Assembly: GCA_012837735.1 (NCBI GenBank) | Contig: DUQP01000042.1 | Location: forward strand, 1-63,499 | Source of the DNA: Bacillota bacterium | GTDB taxonomy: Bacteria; Bacillota; Sulfobacillia; UBA3575; DUQP01 | Direction of reading: 5' to 3' | Length of the DNA stretch: 63,499 bases | Shown: piece by piece, positions 34,635-45,051 of the stretch | Position numbering within the stretch: position 1 is the first letter of the stretch | Layout: each line of letters opens with the position of its first letter | Translations under genes and position numbers: made by a program | The notes under the pieces: model-generated | What the model was told of the DNA's origin: nothing | The model's input: the letters and a program-made list of their open reading frames with translations, nothing else | The model's database searches: none

Positions 34635-35489
34635 TTATTTGGAATAATCGTAAAAACCGCGCCCTGACTTGCGACCGGTATACCCGGCTTTCACCATCTT
34701 GCGCAGGAGCGGGCAGCAACGATATTTCGGATCACCGTAACCCTGATACAGGACATCCAACACATAGACAATCGTATCCAGACCGATGAAATCAGCCAGG
34801 GTGAGCGGGCCCATCGGGTGGTTCAGACCCAGCTTGGCGCAGGTGTCGATATCCTCCGCAGAAGCAATCCCTTCATAAAGCAGGAAAGCCGCCTCATTGA
34901 TCAGTGGCACCACCAGCCGGTTCACCACAAAGCCCGGGCAGTCGTTCACTGCCACCGGGGTCTTGCCCATTCGCTTTGCCAGTGCCTCCACGGCCTGGAA
35001 TGTCTCCGGTGATGTCTGGATGGCCCTGATCACCTCAATTAGCTGCATGACCTGGGGCGGGTTGAAGAAATGCATGCCGATGAACTTGTCCGGGCGTTTT
35101 GTGCCAGCGGCCAGCTCCGTTATCGGTAGCGATGATGTGTTGGAAGCAAAGATGGTATCCGGTCCGCAAATCTCCTCCAACTTGGAGAACACCTGCAGCT
35201 TAACATCCAGGTTCTCTACGATCGCCTCGATCACCAATTGCGCATCGGCGCCATCCTGCAGATCAGTGGTACCCTGAATGCGGCCGAGCACTGCCGCCAT
35301 CTCATCCGCCGCCATCTTGCCCTTGTCCACGTTGCGCTGCAGATTCTTGGTAATCACTTGCAGGCCCCGGTCCACGAATTTTTGATCGATGTCCTGCATG
35401 ACGACCTCGATCCCGGCCTGCGCCGCCACCTGGGCAATCCCAGAGCCCATCTGTCCGGCACCAACTACTAGAATCTTTTCAAATTCCAC
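34635..35489 (-). CDS. hbd: 3-hydroxybutyryl-CoA dehydrogenase
   Basis: [40 protein letters not shown] start. Confidence 0.9.
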   Translation of the reverse strand: MEFEKILVVGAGQMGSGIAQVAAQAGIEVVMQDIDQKFVDRGLQVITKNLQRNVDKGKMAADEMAAVLGRIQGTTDLQDGADAQLVIEAIVENLDVKLQVFSKLEEICGPDTIFASNTSSLPITELAAGTKRPDKFIGMHFFNPPQVMQLIEVIRAIQTSPETFQAVEALAKRMGKTPVAVNDCPGFVVNRLVVPLINEAAFLLYEGIASAEDIDTCAKLGLNHPMGPLTLADFIGLDTIVYVLDVLYQGYGDPKYRCCPLLRKMVKAGYTGRKSGRGFYDYSK

Positions 35490-35599
35490 TTAAATCCCCC
35501 TCTCGCATTTTGGGTTTATCTCGTCCAAAACCGCCGCCGCCATCGGCAGGGGCTTTCAGCTAAGAAAGGTATTCACCGCCTGCCGGCTATTTCCTTCCT

Positions 35600-35635
35600 A
35601 ATTGGAAACGCCGTCCCCAGGTGGCAAGACGGCGT
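35600..35635 (-). terminator. Terminator-like hairpin downstream of guaB
   Basis: ACGCCGTC / GACGGCGT 8-bp stem, followed on the minus strand by TTTCCAATT (weak U-tract). Confidence 0.5.
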
Positions 35636-35662
35636 GGCTCCAGTTTAATATGTCCAATCATA

Positions 35663-37132
<1,470 letters not shown>

Positions 37133-37260
37133 CTACACCCCCCAGCTCGTACCAAAATCTTATTATGTAAGAATATCACACTATCACCGGCCCTTTCAAG
37201 AGCCTTTAACACACACCCTTGCCCCGGAATAGACTACATAACATAAGGAGGTGTCCTATT

Positions 37261-38040
37261 ATGTCCCAATGGCGCGATAGCGACAATCTTATGCGGGATG
37301 CCCGCTTTTGGACGCGCATCATGCGCGAGCATGCGCTGTTCATCAAAATCGGCCTACCAGAAGACCAAACCGAACTGCGGGAGCGGGCCAATTACTTCAT
37401 AGAACGGTTCCGGAGCCTGGAAGAGCGACTGAACGCCGACCCCGTTTTGGAAGCTCCCCTGCGCAACGAGTTGTCCGCCACAGTGGGTGAGTTCATCGCC
37501 TACAAACGCCGTCTGCTCAGGATGTTGGTGCAATGTCAACTGCGTGTCCCATTATATCCATTGTTGATCGACCACATCATGCGCGAAGCGGTGCGCTTCA
37601 AACACCTGCTCGATTGCCAGTCCCAGTCGGGTTCTTTTCAATTTGTCATGGAGCAGGAAGTCTTTTGGCTGCGCATCATGAAAGAACACGTGGAATTTAT
37701 CATCCACCTACTTGACCCGTCTGAGCGCACATTGTTGGCGACAGCGCATGAGTTCCGCCGCACATTCGCCCGCTTGCTGGAAACGGCCCGCGACCTGCTG
37801 TCCATGACCGAGTCGGACCCCCGGCGCTTCAACACGCTCAACCGCTTCACGAACGAAGTGCGGGAGCAAACTCGCTTGCTCCGGGATTTCAAAGCCGTGG
37901 CACACGAACTGACCGTCCTGTGCCGACTGTTGAGCATTATTCCCGATCCGCTCTTAGTCGACCATGTTCGGCGCGAGGCAGATAAATTCTTGCAAGAATT
38001 ACAGGAGCTGGAGGCCATCCTGCAGCACCGCACTGGTTGA
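37261..38040 (+). CDS. DUF2935 family protein (two-repeat helical, hemerythrin-like)
   Basis: Two internal copies of the FW(T/L)RIM(R/K)EH(A/V)xFI block, at residues ~16-28 and ~130-143. ATG 37261 with TAAGGAGGTG upstream. Family assignment is from memory of DUF2935 sequences. Confidence 0.65.
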   Translation: MSQWRDSDNLMRDARFWTRIMREHALFIKIGLPEDQTELRERANYFIERFRSLEERLNADPVLEAPLRNELSATVGEFIAYKRRLLRMLVQCQLRVPLYPLLIDHIMREAVRFKHLLDCQSQSGSFQFVMEQEVFWLRIMKEHVEFIIHLLDPSERTLLATAHEFRRTFARLLETARDLLSMTESDPRRFNTLNRFTNEVREQTRLLRDFKAVAHELTVLCRLLSIIPDPLLVDHVRREADKFLQELQELEAILQHRTG

Positions 38041-38047
38041 TCATATG

Positions 38048-38074
38048 AGAAGGCACCTGCTAAAGGTGCCTTCT
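38048..38074 (+). terminator. Hairpin after the DUF2935 gene (10-bp stem, poor U-tract)
   Basis: AGAAGGCACC-tgctaaa-GGTGCCTTCT. Confidence 0.45.
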
Positions 38075-38152
38075 TCCCCAATATCGCCAGCAGGTATTAT
38101 CGCCTGGCGGCAGAATTAGCAATGAAATTACGAAAACCGGGAGGGATCAGCC

Positions 38153-39811
38153 GTGCGCAGTGACAATGTGAAAACCGGAGTGGAAAAAGCCCCCCACCGC
38201 GCTCTGTTAAAAGCTAATGGCTTTACCCAAGAGGAAATTGAACGCCCCTTGGTGGGGGTGATTAACTCCCAGAATGAAATGGTACCAGGCCACATCCACT
38301 TGGACACAATCGCCGCAGCAGTTAAGGCCGGTATCCGGATGGCGGGCGGCACGCCTTTGGAGTGCTGCACGATCGGGGTCTGTGACGGCATCGCCATGGG
38401 CCATGTGGGGATGAAGTATTCGCTGGCCAGCCGCGAGTTAATCGCCGATACCTGTGAGGTCATGGCCATGGCCCACAGCCTGGATGCGCTGGTGTTCATA
38501 CCGAACTGTGATAAGATCGTGCCCGGGATGCTGATGGCGGCCGCCCGCCTGGACATTCCTTGCATCGTGATCAGCGGTGGCCCCATGCTGGCGATCGCAC
38601 ATGACGGCCGCCAACTGGATCTGACGCACGTCTTTGAAGCGGTCGGGGCCCATAAGGCAGGGCGCATGAGCGCGGCAGAAGTCTCGGGTTATGAAGAGCA
38701 CGGCTGCCCCACCTGTGGCTCCTGTTCCGGCATGTTCACGGCCAACTCCATGAACTGCCTGACCGAGGTGCTCGGCCTGGGCCTGCCCGGCAATGGCACC
38801 ATCCCAGCCGTTTACTCGCAACGGGTGCGGCTGGCCAAATATGCCGGCCAGCAGATAATGAAACTGCTGGCCAGGGATATCAAGCCATCCGACATCCTGA
38901 CGAAAGAAGCGTTCGCAAACGCGCTGGCGGTGGACATGGCCCTGGGCTGTTCCACGAACTCGGTTTTGCACCTGCCGGCGATTGCCCGCGAAGCAGGCCT
39001 GGAGCTGGATCTGGACATTATTAACGAGATCAGTGCCCGCACCCCGAACCTGTGCCGGCTCTCCCCGGCCGGGCCGCACCACATCCAGGATCTGCATCAA
39101 GTGGGGGGCATTCCGGCCGTGATGAAAGAACTGGCCAAAAAGCACCTCTTGCACCTTGACCAACTGACGGTAACGGGCAAAACGGTCGCTGAAAACATCG
39201 CCCAGGCACCGGATGCCGATCACAACGTGATCCGCAGTGTTGATGATCCGTACAGCGACACAGGCGGCATCACCATCCTGCGCGGCAACATCGCCCCCGC
39301 CGGGGCGGTGGTGAAGCGCTCCGCCGTTGACCCGGCCATGCTGCAACACAAAGGACCGGCGCGCGTGTTTGACTCAGAGGAGGAAGCGATCGGCGCCATT
39401 TACGCTGGCCAGATTAACAAGGGAGATGTGGTGGTGATCCGCTATGAAGGGCCAAAGGGCGGCCCAGGCATGCGGGAAATGCTCAGCCCCACCTCCGCCA
39501 TCGCCGGGATGGGCTTGGACAGGGATGTGGCCCTGATCACCGACGGCCGCTTCTCAGGCGGCTCCCGCGGTGCCGCCATCGGGCATATCTCCCCGGAGGC
39601 GATGGCCGGCGGTCCGATTGCCGTCGTGCAAGAGGGTGACATCATCCAGATCGATATTCCTGGCGGCCGCCTAGATGTGGCGCTTGCCGATGAGGAGATC
39701 CAGAGGCGCCTGGCCAAATGGCAGGCACCGGCAGCGAAGGTAACAAAAGGATACCTGGCCCGCTATGCCCGCCTGGTCACCTCCGGCAGCACCGGTGCAG
39801 TGTTGGAATAA
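38153..39811 (+). CDS. ilvD: Dihydroxy-acid dehydratase
   Basis: [56 protein letters not shown] start after GGGAGGG. Confidence 0.95.
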   Translation: MRSDNVKTGVEKAPHRALLKANGFTQEEIERPLVGVINSQNEMVPGHIHLDTIAAAVKAGIRMAGGTPLECCTIGVCDGIAMGHVGMKYSLASRELIADTCEVMAMAHSLDALVFIPNCDKIVPGMLMAAARLDIPCIVISGGPMLAIAHDGRQLDLTHVFEAVGAHKAGRMSAAEVSGYEEHGCPTCGSCSGMFTANSMNCLTEVLGLGLPGNGTIPAVYSQRVRLAKYAGQQIMKLLARDIKPSDILTKEAFANALAVDMALGCSTNSVLHLPAIAREAGLELDLDIINEISARTPNLCRLSPAGPHHIQDLHQVGGIPAVMKELAKKHLLHLDQLTVTGKTVAENIAQAPDADHNVIRSVDDPYSDTGGITILRGNIAPAGAVVKRSAVDPAMLQHKGPARVFDSEEEAIGAIYAGQINKGDVVVIRYEGPKGGPGMREMLSPTSAIAGMGLDRDVALITDGRFSGGSRGAAIGHISPEAMAGGPIAVVQEGDIIQIDIPGGRLDVALADEEIQRRLAKWQAPAAKVTKGYLARYARLVTSGSTGAVLE

Positions 39812-39815
39812 ATAG

Positions 39816-39842
39816 GAATGGGCGCGGTGATCGCGCCCATTC
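39816..39842. terminator. Bidirectional terminator hairpin between ilvD and the 4xLysM gene
   Basis: Perfect 11-bp stem GAATGGGCGCG-gtgat-CGCGCCCATTC. Confidence 0.7.
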
Positions 39843-39857
39843 TCATCGCTTCCCGGT

Positions 39858-40535
39858 TCAGGCCGGAATACAGATCCGCTGCCCGATTTGCAGGTTGTCA
39901 GGGTCGATACCCGGGTTGGCCCGCATAATCGCCTCCACTGTGGTATTAAAACGTTGCGCCAGCGAATACAGGGTGTCGCCCGATTGGATCACATAAATCC
40001 GACCGCCGGGACAGGGCACGGGCGGCCCAGCACCGGGAATGCAGATCCGCTGCCCGATCTGCAGGTTGTTGGGATCGATGCCCGGGTTGGCCCGCATGAT
40101 CGCTTCCACTGTGGTGTTGAAGCGTTGCGCCAGCGAAAACAGGGTGTCGCCGGCCCGGATCACATAGATCCGGCCGCCCGGACAGGGACCGGGACCCGGT
40201 GGCACACCCGGGATGCAAATGCGCTGCCCGATTTGCAGGTTGTCAGGGTCGATCCCGGGGTTGGCTCGCATAATCGCCTCCACCGTGGTGTTGAAGCGTT
40301 GCGCCAGCGAATACAGGGTATCACCGGCCTGGATAACATAGATTCTGCCGCCCGGACAGGGACGGGGCGGCCCGCCCGCCCGCGGGATGCAAATTGTCTG
40401 CCCGATCTGCAGATTTTCCGGATCAATACCGGGGTTAGCCGCCACAATTGCCTCCACCGTGGTGTTGAACCGACCAGCCAGCGCAAACAGCGTATCGCCG
40501 GCTTGGATTTGGTACGGGAACCCACCAGGGCAAGG
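39858..40535 (-). repeat. Four tandem coding repeats (periods 174, 174 and 171 bp, last copy 156 bp)
   Basis: The repeat units are 58, 58, 57 and 52 codons. The DNA copies differ mainly at third codon positions. Confidence 0.9.
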
Positions 40536-40580
40536 CCCGATCTGCTGTAAACGGATTTTGCTCCCAGACACAATCATCAC
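39858..40580 (-). CDS. Protein made of four tandem LysM domains, no signal peptide
   Basis: Four copies of PCPGG(R/F)xYxIxxGDTL(F/Y)(S/A)LA(Q/G)RFNTTVEAI(M/V)(R/A)ANPGIDPxNLQIGQxICIP, joined by Pro/Gly linkers. Confidence 0.9.
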   Translation of the reverse strand: MMIVSGSKIRLQQIGPCPGGFPYQIQAGDTLFALAGRFNTTVEAIVAANPGIDPENLQIGQTICIPRAGGPPRPCPGGRIYVIQAGDTLYSLAQRFNTTVEAIMRANPGIDPDNLQIGQRICIPGVPPGPGPCPGGRIYVIRAGDTLFSLAQRFNTTVEAIMRANPGIDPNNLQIGQRICIPGAGPPVPCPGGRIYVIQSGDTLYSLAQRFNTTVEAIMRANPGIDPDNLQIGQRICIPA

Positions 40581-40667
40581 TCCATATTCAGTCTGCCTTC
40601 TATAAGGCTCATTACATAAATATTGCTGAAACGCTAAAATGTGCGGGACAATATCAAAAAGATCCCC

Positions 40668-41474
40668 TCATCCGCCCAGCAGTGATGGTAGTTTTGTCCA
40701 GGGGAATACCGGTAATCTGGCCAGTGCCATCGGGTCAGCGTTCGGTTTCACCCAACCTATTTCCGTTGTGAATCCGAGACACAAACCGGCTTCCGCCGCC
40801 GCCTGCCGAATTACGGCGTCATGGGCCCCGAATGGATAGGCGAAAGCGCGGGGCTCCGGCAGTCCCGCAGCGTGGCAGGCAGATTGCAAACGGCTGAGAT
40901 CCTCCTTGATTGCAGCGGCGGAGCACTCCAGCATGACCGGTTGACCCTCCACCTGGCGGTGCAAATCATAGCTATGGTTGCCGAACTCCACTCTACCGCT
41001 GGCCGCCAACTCCTGCATTTGCGGCCAGGAAAGGTGGATGCACCAGGCAGCTGTCTTTTCGCCGTCCCGGTCCGGGGCCAGGGCCCCGATCACAAACACG
41101 ACCGCTTTCATATCAAGTTCCTCCAAAACAGGAAACGCATATTGGTAGAAGGACTGATAACCATCATCAAATGTAATCATGACCGGTTTGGCCGGAAGTT
41201 GCGCACTGCCTTGCAAATACCCCTGCAGTTGCGCCAGGTCGATCGTCTGATAACCGTTGTCCCGCAGGTAGTGCATCTGCTTGGTGAACTGCTCGCACGT
41301 CACTACCATTGGGTTATGCTCATGCAAACTCTCAGCTTGCGGCGCCAAGTGATGATAGAGCAGTACCGGCACAAAAACGGGCCAGGCGGCCTGGGCGCTC
41401 TCATAGTTATGGGGACTGACCGTTATGCTGGACAAAAACATCGTTAGAAACAAGAACAGGACCACCCGCCGCAT
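40668..41474 (-). CDS. Secreted polysaccharide deacetylase (NodB homology domain)
   Basis: Signal peptide MRRVVLFLFLTMFLSSITV, then VLLYHHL...ITFDDGYQSFYQYAFPVLEE...HSYDLH. Confidence 0.85.
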   Translation of the reverse strand: MRRVVLFLFLTMFLSSITVSPHNYESAQAAWPVFVPVLLYHHLAPQAESLHEHNPMVVTCEQFTKQMHYLRDNGYQTIDLAQLQGYLQGSAQLPAKPVMITFDDGYQSFYQYAFPVLEELDMKAVVFVIGALAPDRDGEKTAAWCIHLSWPQMQELAASGRVEFGNHSYDLHRQVEGQPVMLECSAAAIKEDLSRLQSACHAAGLPEPRAFAYPFGAHDAVIRQAAAEAGLCLGFTTEIGWVKPNADPMALARLPVFPWTKLPSLLGG

Positions 41475-41550
41475 GTTTTATCCCTCCGCCTCCCATGTTA
41501 GGGCTGCCACCGCTTGGCGGGCATCGGGCAAAAGGGGGGAAATGAGCAGC

Positions 41551-41577
41551 AAAAAAAGCCGGTCTGATCTGACCGGC
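41551..41577 (-). terminator. Rho-independent terminator after the response regulator gene
   Basis: Minus strand: GCCGGTCAGATCAGACCGGC followed by TTTTTTT. Confidence 0.8.
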
Positions 41578-41614
41578 TGACTGAAGCCTGATCCGCCAAA
41601 TGGAGGATGCGCTA

Positions 41615-42235
41615 TTATAGCAAACGCAGTTGCAGCGCGCGCACCGCCGCCTCGGCCCGGGTTTTCACCCCCAACTTTTCGTAAATATGGGCCACGTGGG
41701 TCTTAACGGTGCTTTCACTGATGAACAACTGAGCGGCGATCTGTTTATTGGAGGCCCCTGCGGCCAGTAATTGCAACACTTTTTTCTCGCGCTCGGTAAG
41801 CGGATCCTGTTCCTCCCGGCGCATCTGCCCCAGCACACGCGCCGCCACCGCCGGATGTAACACGGATTCGCCCCTGGCGGCGGCACGGATGGCCCGGTAG
41901 ATCTCTGCGCGGGGGGCATCTTTGAGCAGATAACCCCGCGCTCCGGCGGCCAAAGCGCTCATGATCAATTCGTCATCGTCGTAAGTGGTCAGGATAACCA
42001 CCTGGCAATCCGGAGCAACCCGGGGGATGGCGGCCGTAGCGGCGACCCCGTCCACCTCCGGCAAGCGTAGGTCCAGCAGGGCCACATCCGGTTGCAACTG
42101 TTCTGCCAGATCAATCGCACTGTGCCCGTCGCCCGCCTCCCCGACCACCTCCATGTCCGGTTGGCGCCGCAGCATGGTAATGATCCCTTCCCGCACCACC
42201 GGGTGATCATCCACTACCAGAATCCGAATCCCCAT
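41615..42235 (-). CDS. NarL/FixJ (LuxR-type HTH) response regulator
   Basis: MGIRILVVDDHPVVREG receiver domain. C-terminal LTEREKKVLQLLAAGASNKQIAAQLFISESTVKTHV. ATG with an AAGGAGGAG RBS lying inside the 3' end of the kinase gene. Confidence 0.9.
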   Translation of the reverse strand: MGIRILVVDDHPVVREGIITMLRRQPDMEVVGEAGDGHSAIDLAEQLQPDVALLDLRLPEVDGVAATAAIPRVAPDCQVVILTTYDDDELIMSALAAGARGYLLKDAPRAEIYRAIRAAARGESVLHPAVAARVLGQMRREEQDPLTEREKKVLQLLAAGASNKQIAAQLFISESTVKTHVAHIYEKLGVKTRAEAAVRALQLRLL

Positions 42236-44186
42236 TTTGCTCTCCTCCTTCAGGCAGGCACACCCGCACAACCGTGCCAGTACCGGGTTTACTGGTGATC
42301 GCCAGCCGACCACCGACCGCCTCGATCCGTTCCCGCATGTTTGGCAATCCAAATCCTGCCTGCACCTGCTCCAGGTCAAACCCCTGACCATTATCCCGGA
42401 CTTGCAACTCCACCCCGGCGCTGGTGAATGTCAGTTCAATCAACACCAAAGTGGCACCGGCATGCCGAAGGGCATTATTTAGCGCTTCCTGGACCACCCG
42501 CAACAGCGCTACTTCCCTGGCCGGGGATAATCTTTCCTCCCGTCCCCGTACCTGCAGCTCTACCCGCAACTGACCGGCCGTCAGGCGTTGGCTGAGTTGT
42601 TCTAGGGCCTCCACCAGCGACTTGCCCTGCAGCAAATCCGGGCGGAGACGCCATACGGAGGCGCGCGCTTCTGCCAAACTACTGCGGGCCAACTGGCAAG
42701 CTTTTTCCAGGTGCTTCTCTGCGCTGGCAGTGTCCCCAGCCTCGCGTGCCGCCTCCACTTGCCAAATGATGCCGACAAAACCCTGCGCCAGGGTATCGTG
42801 GATCTCTGCCGCCAAACGCTGGCGTTCTGCCAGCACCGCCAACTCGCGCTCTTTCGCCTGACGACTCTTCTCCTCCGCCAGCAAAGCGGCACTGCGTTCC
42901 TGCACCTTTTCTTCCAATGTAGCATAGAGATCCTGCAGGTGATCAGCCATCCGGTTGAATTCCCTCGCCAGCAGCCCCAGCTCATCATCACTGGCGACCG
43001 GGACGCGTGCGGACAGTTCTCCGGCCGACATCCGGCGAACACCCTGAATCAATTGCTCCACCGGTCTGCTGACCGTGCGGGCCAGGGAGGGCGTGGCCCA
43101 CCAGGCCACACCCAAGAGCACACATATGGCCATGCCGATGCCCAGCCGGATCCAATTCACTTGCCGGCGCAGGTTGGCAATGATCGGTTCTGCTTCTTGC
43201 AACGCTTGCTGTTCAGGCTTAAACACTCCTAAAGTCCAACCGGTGCTCGGCAAGGAGGCGTAAGCGGCCAATAAGACGCCGTCTTCTGTCACCAACCGCC
43301 CGTCCTCGGCCGCTGCCAGCCATGGCAAATACTGGTCAGCGCCCTCTCCGGCGGCCAATACCTGTCCATCGGCGGCCAGTAAAAAACCGATTCCCTGCTG
43401 CGGGGGAAGTGCCAGGATCTCCCCCTGGACCTCAGTCAGGCTCATGCCCGCCCCCACCACTGCCCGGAATTGTCCGTCCGCCGAAAAAACCGGCACCGCG
43501 GCGGCCATCAACCGGCCCATCCCCGCCGGGTCATCATAGGGCGGCACCCAAACCGCTGCCCGGTGCGGGTTTTGGTCCGGTGTGGCCAGCAAGAAAAACG
43601 GTTCTTCCGTGAAGCTATAGTCTGGCCCCAACTGCGTGGAGGGAGCACTGGCCCAGTGTGGATATGTGCGCGCCATCCCGTTGGCGGCAATCACCCAGTA
43701 ATTGACCACGTACGGTGTGTGGCCATAAAGGGATTTGAGCAATGGATCGATATAGCTCATCAGACCGACTTCGCGCCAACCGGCCGGCGTCCAGGACACG
43801 GTCCGCGGTACAAACACGCCCACCGCGGTGTCAGGGTCGTTTTGCCAATTACCCTCCGGCGTCCTGACCAGAGGAGTGCCACCCTGGAAGGCATCCGGAA
43901 ACAATTCCGGGTGGTCGTAAATGAACGCGGCAAAATTGGCCAAATAGCGCGCATCGGAACGAACACGGGCAAAGGCCAGTTCATCGCGGCGTGCCTTCTC
44001 CTGCACAAAGCCCTGTAGTTGTGCCAGTGTCTCTGTCGTAACGGCGTGCCGCACCTCCTGCACCGCCAGATCATGGGCTTTAGCCACGCCGCGCAAAGCC
44101 AGCACCGCCACCAAGAGCGTCGAAAGGCAGATAACCACAAACAGGAGCACAGCGATTTTTTGTTGTAAGGGTCGCCTCACATCCAC
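42207..44186 (-). CDS. Sensor histidine kinase: TM, Cache-like extracytoplasmic domain, TM, HAMP, HisKA_3, HATPase
   Basis: N-terminal TM helix; a periplasmic segment of about 300 aa with a Cache-like core (AAAVPVFSADGQFRAVVGAGMSL); HAMP (PVEQLIQGVRRMSAGELS); H-box RQRLAAEIHDTLAQ; NALRHAG, DNGQGF, GFGLPNMRER. Confidence 0.85.
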   Translation of the reverse strand: MDVRRPLQQKIAVLLFVVICLSTLLVAVLALRGVAKAHDLAVQEVRHAVTTETLAQLQGFVQEKARRDELAFARVRSDARYLANFAAFIYDHPELFPDAFQGGTPLVRTPEGNWQNDPDTAVGVFVPRTVSWTPAGWREVGLMSYIDPLLKSLYGHTPYVVNYWVIAANGMARTYPHWASAPSTQLGPDYSFTEEPFFLLATPDQNPHRAAVWVPPYDDPAGMGRLMAAAVPVFSADGQFRAVVGAGMSLTEVQGEILALPPQQGIGFLLAADGQVLAAGEGADQYLPWLAAAEDGRLVTEDGVLLAAYASLPSTGWTLGVFKPEQQALQEAEPIIANLRRQVNWIRLGIGMAICVLLGVAWWATPSLARTVSRPVEQLIQGVRRMSAGELSARVPVASDDELGLLAREFNRMADHLQDLYATLEEKVQERSAALLAEEKSRQAKERELAVLAERQRLAAEIHDTLAQGFVGIIWQVEAAREAGDTASAEKHLEKACQLARSSLAEARASVWRLRPDLLQGKSLVEALEQLSQRLTAGQLRVELQVRGREERLSPAREVALLRVVQEALNNALRHAGATLVLIELTFTSAGVELQVRDNGQGFDLEQVQAGFGLPNMRERIEAVGGRLAITSKPGTGTVVRVCLPEGGEQNGDSDSGSG

Positions 44187-44240
44187 CTCTCCACCCCCGG
44201 AATTGGGTTCGCCGGATCCACATCACAAACCTGCCCGCAC

Positions 44241-44269
44241 TTGTGATTGCCAAACGGGGCTGGTATAAT
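44241..44269 (+). promoter_or_regulatory. Candidate sigma-A promoter (TTGTGA-17-TGGTATAAT) for the UPF0173 gene
   Basis: Extended -10 TGGTATAAT, 32 nt upstream of the TTG start. Confidence 0.5.
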
Positions 44270-44301
44270 GGTGGCAAATGCTTGTCCGGGAGGTTTAGGC
44301 A

Positions 44302-44967
44302 TTGCAGGTAAAGTATCTCGGCCACGCTTGTTTTTTGCTGGTGGAGAACGATACGGCGATCCTAGTAGACCCGTTTTTGACATCGAACCCGGTTGCGACT
44401 GTGAAAGCAGCCGATGTGACCGCAAACTATATCCTGGTGTCCCATCACCATACTGACCATGCCGAAGACGTGGCAGAGATCGCGCAGGCCAATGGCGCCA
44501 CCGTGATCTCCACCGCGGAGATCGCCCAGCATTTCGCTGACCTCGGGTTGACAACCCACGCCATGCACATCGGCGGCAAACACGGTTTCGACTTTGGGTA
44601 CGTGCGCTTGACACCGGCCCTGCACGGCGCCGGCATTGCCGGCGGGCACGCCTGCGGTTTCGTGATTAACCTGTTTGGCACTGTCATTTATCACGCCGGC
44701 GACACAGGTTTATTCGGTGACATGCGACTGATTGGAGAGTTGGAGGATTTAGACCTGGCACTGCTGCCGATCGGGGACAACTTCACCATGGGAGTGGGGG
44801 ATGCCGTCCGGGCCGCCGCCCTGCTGCGCGCCCCGAAGGTGATTCCGATGCACTATAATACCTGGTCGCTCATCAAGGCGGACCCACAGGCTTTCAAACA
44901 ACAGGTGGAGGAAGAAACGGCCGCCGAGGTGATTATCCTCCAACCCGGAGAAGAACTGGAACTATAA
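44302..44967 (+). CDS. UPF0173 family metal-dependent hydrolase (MBL fold)
   Basis: KYLGHACFLLVENDTAILVDPFL and VSHHHTDH (HxHxDH motif). 221 aa. TTG start after GGAGG. Confidence 0.85.
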   Translation: MQVKYLGHACFLLVENDTAILVDPFLTSNPVATVKAADVTANYILVSHHHTDHAEDVAEIAQANGATVISTAEIAQHFADLGLTTHAMHIGGKHGFDFGYVRLTPALHGAGIAGGHACGFVINLFGTVIYHAGDTGLFGDMRLIGELEDLDLALLPIGDNFTMGVGDAVRAAALLRAPKVIPMHYNTWSLIKADPQAFKQQVEEETAAEVIILQPGEELEL

Positions 44968-44974
44968 CATGCCA

Positions 44975-44998
44975 GGAGGAGGGCGAAAGCCCTCCTCC
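44975..44998. terminator. Bidirectional terminator hairpin
   Basis: GGAGGAGGGC-gaaa-GCCCTCCTCC perfect 10-bp stem, lying between two convergent genes. Confidence 0.65.
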
Positions 44999-45051
44999 CC
45001 TTGTCTAGCAACATTGACACCGGACCAGGGATCAGCCAGGCAGGGCTGTCT

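Noticed and set aside
37133-37260. Possible purine riboswitch in the guaB leader
   Set aside because: The 128-nt divergent region shows promoter-like elements but none of the conserved guanine/adenine aptamer cores. It must also hold the promoter of the divergent DUF2935 gene.
38128-39349. Two minus-strand ORFs (179 and 303 aa) inside ilvD
   Set aside because: ilvD on the plus strand has unambiguous family motifs along its whole length. The antisense products have no recognisable features.
39858-40535. Regularly spaced ~174-bp repeats as a possible CRISPR or satellite array
   Set aside because: The repeats are in-frame coding units of a LysM protein with no spacer-like unique segments, and the period is far longer than CRISPR repeat-spacer units.
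39888-40573. Plus-strand 220-aa ORF and an alternative minus-frame 137-aa ORF over the LysM repeats
   Set aside because: Only the 240-aa minus-strand frame yields four canonical LysM domains. The others are repeat-induced open frames.
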